Assembly (NCBI GenBank): GCA_963676915.2
Contig: CAXXVK010000043.1
Location: forward strand, 160,001-224,000
Origin: Myxococcota bacterium
GTDB lineage: Bacteria; Myxococcota_A; SURF-8; G963663525
DNA length: 64,000 nucleotides
Direction of reading: 5' to 3'
Positions within the stretch are counted from its first letter, which is position 1. Every line of letters starts with the position of its first letter. The position numbers were made by a program, and so were the translations under genes. Shown one piece after another: positions 58,168 to 64,000 of the stretch. The notes under the pieces are model-generated. The model was not told the origin of the DNA. It did no database searches and saw only the letters and a program-made list of their open reading frames with translations.

Positions 58168-58524
58168 ATGTTCGATGAAATTCTGAAAAACGTGGTGGAA
58201 AAGACCCCAGGCGGTTTGGCGGGAGTTCTGTTGGCGACGGATGGCATTGTGGTCAGTACCTATCAAGTGCCTGATTCCACTTTGGAATTGGAACTGATGT
58301 CCGCAGAAATCGTCGCGATTTTCAATCAGTGGCGCACGTCATCGTCTTCCGGGAGTTTTGGTGTTGCCGAAGAATTCATCTTCAAAAGCCCTGAAACGAC
58401 TTTGGTTTGCAGCTTTTTAACGAGTGAATACCTTTTAGCGCTGGCTGTGGATTCAACACAGGCATTCGGCAAAGGTCGCTATCTGCTGAAAATCGCTGCC
58501 GAAGCGGTTAGAGCGGAGTTGTAA
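58168..58524 (+). CDS. Roadblock/LC7 domain protein (MglC-like)
   Basis: PGGLAGVLLATDGIVV...EYLLALAV...GKGRYLL; lies between the pilQ region and efp, as mglC does in Myxococcus. Confidence 0.8.
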   Translation: MFDEILKNVVEKTPGGLAGVLLATDGIVVSTYQVPDSTLELELMSAEIVAIFNQWRTSSSSGSFGVAEEFIFKSPETTLVCSFLTSEYLLALAVDSTQAFGKGRYLLKIAAEAVRAEL

Positions 58525-58576
58525 ACCTCTTTTCAAATCGCTGCATTCTTAGTATTTTACCGAAAACGGAGGAATC

Positions 58577-59674
58577 ATGCCGAAGGCCGAATTTGCCAAT
58601 CCGTTTCATTTTACCCTCGATAGTCTGCTTGAAATTTTAAACCTCGATGCTTTGTGGTTGTCGAGTCTTCCCGCTATTCAGCACCAGTGCGGTTTCACCG
58701 GTTCGGCAGGAAATATGCTTCTGGCGCGAGATGGACGTCGGGTGCTTTTCGTGGATGGTCGATACACCGAGCAAGCCGGTCTTCAATGCGGTGACAATGC
58801 GCGTGTCGTAACGATAACCCACCCTTACAACGATATGGCTGATGAGTGGATGAAGATGGATCTTCATCGAATCGGTTTCGAGAGTCTCGCCGTGACGATT
58901 TTCGAGCACCAGATGCTTTTGGAGCGTCTTGAGGATGTCGAACTCGTTCCGGTCGAGAACAATATGGCCTGTTTGCGATCGGTAAAGAACGAAGATGAAC
59001 TTGCCATTTTGCGCAAAGGCAATGAGCTGGCAGGGCAGGTGTTCGAAAGCGTGGTTGCCAATGCCTGGAAGGGAATGACCGAAAAAGAACTGGCCTGGGA
59101 GCTTGAAAAAGGTTTTCGTCAGGCCGGTGGGAGCAAACTGTCGTTCGATACGATCGTAGCGGCCGGAGAACGTGGTGCGTTGATTCACGGGTTTCCCTCC
59201 GACAGAGAATTGCAGGATGGCGATCTGGTTGTGATTGACCGAGGGATGCATTACGAGCATTTCGCAACGGACGAAACCAACACGCTTGTTGTGGGCAAAC
59301 CCACGGAAAAACAGAAAGAAATTTACCAGGTTGTCAAAGATGCCCACGATTACGCTCTGGATGCCATCAAGCCAGGAGCGTCGTTGCCTCGTTTGGATGA
59401 TGTAGCCCGAGGGCATATCGAATCGAAAGGCTATGGAGAGTATTTTACCCACCGTTTGGGTCATGGTGTGGGTTTGGAAGTGCACGAGCAGCCTGTGTTG
59501 TCACCGGCTTTTCCCGGAGTCATTGTTCCGGGTATGGTGTTCAGTGTGGAACCGGGTATTTACATTTCCGGTTGGGGTGGAATTCGAATCGAAGACGTGG
59601 TTGTAGCCACGGAAGACGGATACGAATTGCTCACCCAAACCGACAAGTCGGACTTACGTAGTTTTCTCATTTAA
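58577..59674 (+). CDS. Xaa-Pro aminopeptidase (M24B)
   Basis: GFTGSAG, DGRYTEQ, SFDTIVAAG, HRLGHGVGLEVHE, VEPGIY, GIRIED. Confidence 0.93.
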   Translation: MPKAEFANPFHFTLDSLLEILNLDALWLSSLPAIQHQCGFTGSAGNMLLARDGRRVLFVDGRYTEQAGLQCGDNARVVTITHPYNDMADEWMKMDLHRIGFESLAVTIFEHQMLLERLEDVELVPVENNMACLRSVKNEDELAILRKGNELAGQVFESVVANAWKGMTEKELAWELEKGFRQAGGSKLSFDTIVAAGERGALIHGFPSDRELQDGDLVVIDRGMHYEHFATDETNTLVVGKPTEKQKEIYQVVKDAHDYALDAIKPGASLPRLDDVARGHIESKGYGEYFTHRLGHGVGLEVHEQPVLSPAFPGVIVPGMVFSVEPGIYISGWGGIRIEDVVVATEDGYELLTQTDKSDLRSFLI

Positions 59675-59688
59675 TTCAAGAGGATGTC

Positions 59689-60252
59689 ATGTTTCTGATT
59701 AGTGAATTTCGCAACAATCTTAAAATCGAACTCGACGGCGACCCCTACATCATCGTGTCTTATCAGGCCGTGATGCCGGGCAAAGGTGCCGGATTTACTC
59801 GAACGCGCCTGAAAAACATGATTACCGGGGCCGTGATCGAGCGAACTTTCAAATCGAGTGAAAAGGTCAAAAAACCGAATCTCGAAGAACGCACGATGCA
59901 ATATCTTTACGATGATGGCACAGGCTTCGTTTTTATGGATAACGAAAGCTACGATCAAGTCACGATTCCAACGGAAGTTCTTGACGAAGATCGATATTTC
60001 CTTAAGGAAAACGTTAATTTGGACGTTTTATTCTTCAACGACCGACCTGTCGGCGTGAGTTTCCCCAACTTCGTCGTATTGCAGGTGACGGAATGCGATC
60101 CTGGACTGAAAGGTGACACCGCTTCCGGGGCAACCAAACCGGCGACGTTGGAAACCGGTCTGGTGATTCAGGTGCCGTTGTTCGTCAATGAAGGCGAACA
60201 CCTGCGTATCGATACTCGCAGCCGGGAGTACATTGAGCGGGTGAAAGTCTGA
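59689..60252 (+). CDS. efp: Elongation factor P
   Basis: PGKG loop, MQYLY, FMDNESYDQ, PGLKGDTASGATKPATLETG, IDTR. Confidence 0.97.
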   Translation: MFLISEFRNNLKIELDGDPYIIVSYQAVMPGKGAGFTRTRLKNMITGAVIERTFKSSEKVKKPNLEERTMQYLYDDGTGFVFMDNESYDQVTIPTEVLDEDRYFLKENVNLDVLFFNDRPVGVSFPNFVVLQVTECDPGLKGDTASGATKPATLETGLVIQVPLFVNEGEHLRIDTRSREYIERVKV

Positions 60253-60282
60253 TCGTAATCGGAATGATTTTGAACGTTTTGG

Positions 60283-60311
60283 AAGGCGAGGAGAAGACAT
60301 CTCCTCGCCTT
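60283..60311. terminator. Terminator between convergent efp and hemerythrin genes
   Basis: AAGGCGAGGAGA-AGACA-TCTCCTCGCCTT. Confidence 0.75.
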
Positions 60312-60318
60312 TGTCGTT

Positions 60319-60717
60319 TTATCCTGCGTTGAGGCATTCACCGTACAACTTGTCGGTGCCCTGGATGTGCTGGATCAGCCAGTCCTTGAGGAAATTCATG
60401 ACTTCCAGCGACATCATCAGCTTGCCGTCTTTGTAGTCTTTTTGAAACTGTTTGACTTGCTCGACGAATTCCCGGTGTTTGGCTACATGATTGTAGTAAT
60501 CTGTGTAACGTACCGATTTCATAGCCATTTCTTCTTCTGAAAAATGGTAGGCAGCGTAGTCTACCATTTCGTCGAGAACGAGTTCCAACTCTTCGGAAGC
60601 CCTGCGTTGCGCCATGGCGTCGTTGAGACGATTGACCAAATCGATCAGTTTTTTGTGTTGCTCGTCGAAACGATCCACTCCGACGCTGTAGTCATCTTTC
60701 CATTGTAGAAACGCCAT
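60319..60717 (-). CDS. Bacteriohemerythrin
   Basis: W..DYSVG..FDEQH, HFSEEE, H...H, WLIQHIQGTD iron ligands. Confidence 0.93.
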   Translation of the reverse strand: MAFLQWKDDYSVGVDRFDEQHKKLIDLVNRLNDAMAQRRASEELELVLDEMVDYAAYHFSEEEMAMKSVRYTDYYNHVAKHREFVEQVKQFQKDYKDGKLMMSLEVMNFLKDWLIQHIQGTDKLYGECLNAG

Positions 60718-60894
60718 GGTTTGCTCCCTTCAATAGGACTAAATTGTTGCATAGTTCCTATTCGGGTATCTGAGTGAAAACTTGAATTCTTGTACGTTGT
60801 CGGTGGTGGAAGAATTCGGAAGTGACAGGTTTAGGAAGCACCGGTGTTTACGTAAAAACACGATGAAAGGGAAAAAGTCATGAAAAAAGACCAC

Positions 60895-60927
60895 AAAAAA
60901 AACGATTCGCCGGGGTGGCGAATCGTT
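60895..60927 (-). terminator. Terminator for the minus-strand 61010-61273 gene
   Basis: AACGATTCGCC-GGGGT-GGCGAATCGTT preceded by an A run on the plus strand. Confidence 0.65.
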
Positions 60928-61009
60928 ATTGTAGCAGGCGAAAAAACAGACCGTGGTGATTTTGATAGGATGAATTCGTGTTCGGTGATTGGTGAAGAAT
61001 TCGATGCAA

Positions 61010-61273
61010 TTAGGAGGGATCTGCGTTCTGAGTGCTGTCTGTTTTTCCGCCGAGAAGGCTTTCTATTCGATTGCGATACTGCTCAACTTTCGCTTTCGTG
61101 CTCTCCCCCGCTCTGTCCAGCACTTTGTTGTAGATCTCGTTGAGTCTCTCCTGACTCTGTTTGACCAACTTCTCGCGTCGATTCCGCAGTACTTCCTGAT
61201 CCATGTCGCGAAGATCGGTCAGAGTGCTTTTGACTCGCTCCACCATTTTTTCTGTATCGATGGTGATTTGCAT
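61010..61273 (-). CDS. Small helical protein, possibly phasin-like
   Basis: 87 aa; AAGGAG RBS; amphipathic helical pattern; has its own promoter and terminator. Confidence 0.6.
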   Translation of the reverse strand: MQITIDTEKMVERVKSTLTDLRDMDQEVLRNRREKLVKQSQERLNEIYNKVLDRAGESTKAKVEQYRNRIESLLGGKTDSTQNADPS

Positions 61274-61335
61274 GACACGACTCCTTTTTGAATTGTTTGC
61301 ACTCTGTATCCACGACAGATACGATTCTGAATGCT

Positions 61336-61385
61336 ATTATAATGCGTCGCGTCAGATAGTCAATAGTTTTTATCGCAATGCGTCA
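61336..61385 (-). promoter_or_regulatory. Sigma70 promoter with two operator-like repeats
   Basis: Minus strand TTGACT-N16-TATAAT; 15-bp sites TAATGCGTCGCGTCA (61340-61354) and TATCGCAATGCGTCA (61371-61385). Confidence 0.5.
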
Positions 61386-61495
61386 GAGAAATATCAAAGA
61401 TCAATCCTTGCAGACTTCACGAAAACAGGTAAAGTCGATATCATCATGGTGATGATTGCAAGTTCGTTTCATCAAACAAACGGGAGTCGCAGTTT

Positions 61496-62536
61496 ATGTT
61501 TTCCAGCCAATTTGTCAAGAAGTTTCGTATTTTTATTGTATTTTTCCTTGCCATTGTCGGGATGAGTTTCAGTTGGTCTTTTGCTATCGCTCAGGACGAA
61601 GAAGAGGCCGTGCTCGACGAACTCAACCGGGAACTTGCCGAAAAACTGGAAGCCTCCAAGGAAGAGTCGGAGGAGCAAGCTGAGCCTAAAGAGGAAAAAG
61701 TCAAGGAAGAATCAGAAGATACGATAACAGGCAAGACGGAGCAAGAGGAAGCTTCTCAGGAGAAAACGGATCAAGAACCCGTCGTAGCGGAGACAATGGA
61801 AGAAAAAAACGCAAACGATATGGATGAAAAACCGGAGATTTCTCCGGCGGAAGCTTCCAAATGGTACGATCACGAAAAACCGACCGGTGATGCCTGTCTG
61901 GACCGCTGCAATCGCGCCTGCGATTGTCGTTGGAAACTCGGCGGCGGTGGCCCTGTGATCATGGCGCTGCACCATTTCGGTTATCATTCCGGGTACGGCG
62001 ATCTCGATGGTTTCGGGATCTGGGTCGGTGGACGTGGCTATGGCTATCTGCTGGATGACCAACTGCGCATCGGCGGTATGGGAGTCGGTGGTGGTGTAGG
62101 ATCGAATGTCAGTGAAACGACGGTAGCAGGGAAAAATCTTTTAAACGACTCGGAATACCGAACCAGCTCCGAACGCAGTGTGGGAGGCGGTTATGGCGGC
62201 GTGACATTGGAGTACGTTTTTCGACTGATGGACGGCGCATTCGAGATTCCCATCGGTGCGCTTGTCGGTTTCGGTGGAGCGGGATACAGCTCTCGTGTCG
62301 GAAAAGTCGAAAGCATCAATGGTGACGTTGTAGTGCAGGAAGACGGTCTGTTTTTTGCCTTGCAGCCGATGGCGGGCATCGATATCAACGCCAGTCGCTG
62401 GATGCGTATTGGTGTGGCGGGGACGATGTTGTATACACCGGTCGTACAAGGGAAACTCGACGATCTCAGCGGCGCAGGGGTGATGGTGAACATCATGTTT
62501 GGTAATTTTACGCACGAAGCGTTGGTTTGGGAGTGA
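61496..62536 (+). CDS. Hypothetical outer-membrane beta-barrel protein with acidic N-terminal linker
   Basis: Signal peptide (FAIA-Q), Glu-rich linker, Gly/aromatic alternating strands. Confidence 0.7.
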   Translation: MFSSQFVKKFRIFIVFFLAIVGMSFSWSFAIAQDEEEAVLDELNRELAEKLEASKEESEEQAEPKEEKVKEESEDTITGKTEQEEASQEKTDQEPVVAETMEEKNANDMDEKPEISPAEASKWYDHEKPTGDACLDRCNRACDCRWKLGGGGPVIMALHHFGYHSGYGDLDGFGIWVGGRGYGYLLDDQLRIGGMGVGGGVGSNVSETTVAGKNLLNDSEYRTSSERSVGGGYGGVTLEYVFRLMDGAFEIPIGALVGFGGAGYSSRVGKVESINGDVVVQEDGLFFALQPMAGIDINASRWMRIGVAGTMLYTPVVQGKLDDLSGAGVMVNIMFGNFTHEALVWE

Positions 62537-62569
62537 TTCACTTCTAGCCAAGTGACTGAAATAATAAAG

Positions 62570-62609
62570 AAAAAGCCTGTCGAAGAACGGTTTTCGACAG
62601 GCTTTTTTT
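62570..62609. terminator. Bidirectional terminator
   Basis: AAAAAGCCTGTCGAA...TTCGACAGGCTTTTTTT. Confidence 0.8.
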
Positions 62610-62680
62610 GTTGTTGATACGATATCGCCAGCAAGTATCTGCCTTCAAATCATTACCTTGCCATTCTCCATGAATCTCGC

Positions 62681-62706
62681 GTGTCGGGTGAAATCACCCG
62701 ACCTGC
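62681..62706. repeat. REP copy overlapping the NhaC stop codon
   Basis: GTGTCGGGTGAAATCACCCGACCTGC, 25/26 identical to 46775-46800. Confidence 0.75.
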
Positions 62707-64000
62707 CTTTTGCCGAATACGGAACGACCAATCCCCTTGAAAATCATGGTAAAGGCCACAGGAATCAGCAGGTAAGCCATGATGGGGGACATCCATTGAA
62801 TCCATAAGTAGCCTATTCCCAAAGCCACGATGGCAATGGTGAGAGAATAGGGAAACTGGGTTCGTACGTGGTCGATGTGGTCGCAGTTGGCGGCGATCGA
62901 GGCCATGATGGTCGTATCCGACAGCGGCGAGCAGTGGTCACCGAAAATCGAGCCGTCCAGCACCGTGCCCACTGTGACCAATAGAAGCGGTAATCCACCG
63001 ATATGATGGGCCAGCGGAATCACGGCGGGCAACAACACGGCCATGGTTCCCCAACTGGAACCTGTGGCGAAGGAGATCCCTCCGGCAATCAGAAACACTA
63101 CGACCGGCAACGCCCAGGCTGGGGTATCGCCCGCCAAAGATGAAACAATAAAGGAACTCGTACCCAAAAGTCCGTTGACGTGCCCCAGCGCCCAGGCGAG
63201 AATCAGAACTCCAAACGCGAGAAGCAAGGTTTTCCCTGCCGAAAACCAGGCTTTGATCAGCCATGCCAGCGGAGCACGTCCTAAAACGATACCCAGCAGC
63301 AGTGCCAGAAGGCTACCCAGAATGGCCGCATATGCCAGAACCATGGCGCCGTTTTCGCCTAAGGTCAGGTAGTTTCCTTCCAGTATGAAAATACGTTGAA
63401 TTTCAAAGCTTTGTGCCACTTCTTGCCAGGGCTTTTCTCCAAAGAAGCCCGCGCCATCGAGCACCATGCCTCCAAGCACGCACATGATGACCGTTACCAC
63501 CGGCAGAATAGCTCCCAACGCTTTGGGCTTTCCTTTCGGTTCCGGCGAAGTCGCCCCGGCGAGAGGCTGAGAGTCGGGACGCAAGACTTCCCCTGTTTTC
63601 AAGGCGCGTTCGCAGGCTTTGCGCATCGGACCGTACTCGCGACCTGTGTAAATGTTCACAGCGATGAAAAAAAGCGTCGAAATGCAATAAAACCGAAACG
63701 GAAGGGCGGCCAAAAACACCGAAAACGGTGAGTTGGCCAAGCCGATTTCATCCAGGCCGGAACCGATCAAGCCGATTTCGTAGCCGATCCAGGTGGAAAC
63801 GACGGCCAGTCCTGCAATGGGGGCGGCGGTGGAGTCGATCAGGAAGGCCAGTTTTTCACGCGCTACCCGTGCTCTGTCGCTCAAAGGACGCATGGACGCA
63901 CCGACGACCACCGCGTTGGAGTAATCGTCGAAAAACACGGCCAGTCCCATCAGAGCCGTGGCGGCCTGGGTAGAACGAGCGTTGCGTGCAATTCGTACAA
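62694..64000 (-). CDS. Na+/H+ antiporter NhaC family protein (5' truncated by window edge)
   Basis: FFDDYSN, MRPLSDR, REKLAFLIDSTAAP, GSSWGT, GDHCSPLSDTT; frame is open to the window end. Confidence 0.9.
   Translation of the reverse strand, partial: VRIARNARSTQAATALMGLAVFFDDYSNAVVVGASMRPLSDRARVAREKLAFLIDSTAAPIAGLAVVSTWIGYEIGLIGSGLDEIGLANSPFSVFLAALPFRFYCISTLFFIAVNIYTGREYGPMRKACERALKTGEVLRPDSQPLAGATSPEPKGKPKALGAILPVVTVIMCVLGGMVLDGAGFFGEKPWQEVAQSFEIQRIFILEGNYLTLGENGAMVLAYAAILGSLLALLLGIVLGRAPLAWLIKAWFSAGKTLLLAFGVLILAWALGHVNGLLGTSSFIVSSLAGDTPAWALPVVVFLIAGGISFATGSSWGTMAVLLPAVIPLAHHIGGLPLLLVTVGTVLDGSIFGDHCSPLSDTTIMASIAANCDHIDHVRTQFPYSLTIAIVALGIGYLWIQWMSPIMAYLLIPVAFTMIFKGIGRSVFGKRQVG

Overview
Bacterial chromosome window, most likely from a Myxococcota/deltaproteobacterial lineage. 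This is inferred from a MYXO-CTERM-like sorting tail, a pilMNOPQ-lipoprotein-roadblock-efp gene order and many Cys-rich and acidic-linker lipoproteins. In order, it holds: the 3' part (>2950 aa) of a giant modular Cys-rich surface protein; tRNA-Leu(CAA) carrying a 2.2 kb decayed integrative element (26-bp att repeat, internally deleted tyrosine integrase, one low-GC cargo gene); a TMTC-like glycosyltransferase; several lipoproteins (glutaredoxin, GH5, Cys-rich); an RND efflux operon divergent from an RstAB-like two-component system; a Tat-exported flavoprotein; an operon of two class-III aminotransferases (one lacking the catalytic Lys) plus a Zn-dehydrogenase, divergent from a stand-alone V4R protein; rseP and tsaB; a REP-flanked RAYT transposase; yggU/T/S-maf; a K+ channel; a GT9; a clan GH-A hydrolase; purB; a ceramidase-like lipoprotein; the type IVa pilus pilMNOPQ locus; a roadblock protein, Xaa-Pro peptidase and efp; hemerythrin; and a partial NhaC-family antiporter. 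Several 1-2 nt indels in short homopolymers between 33.9 and 39.7 kb look like sequencing errors. All product calls come from motif recognition by eye; no database search was run.
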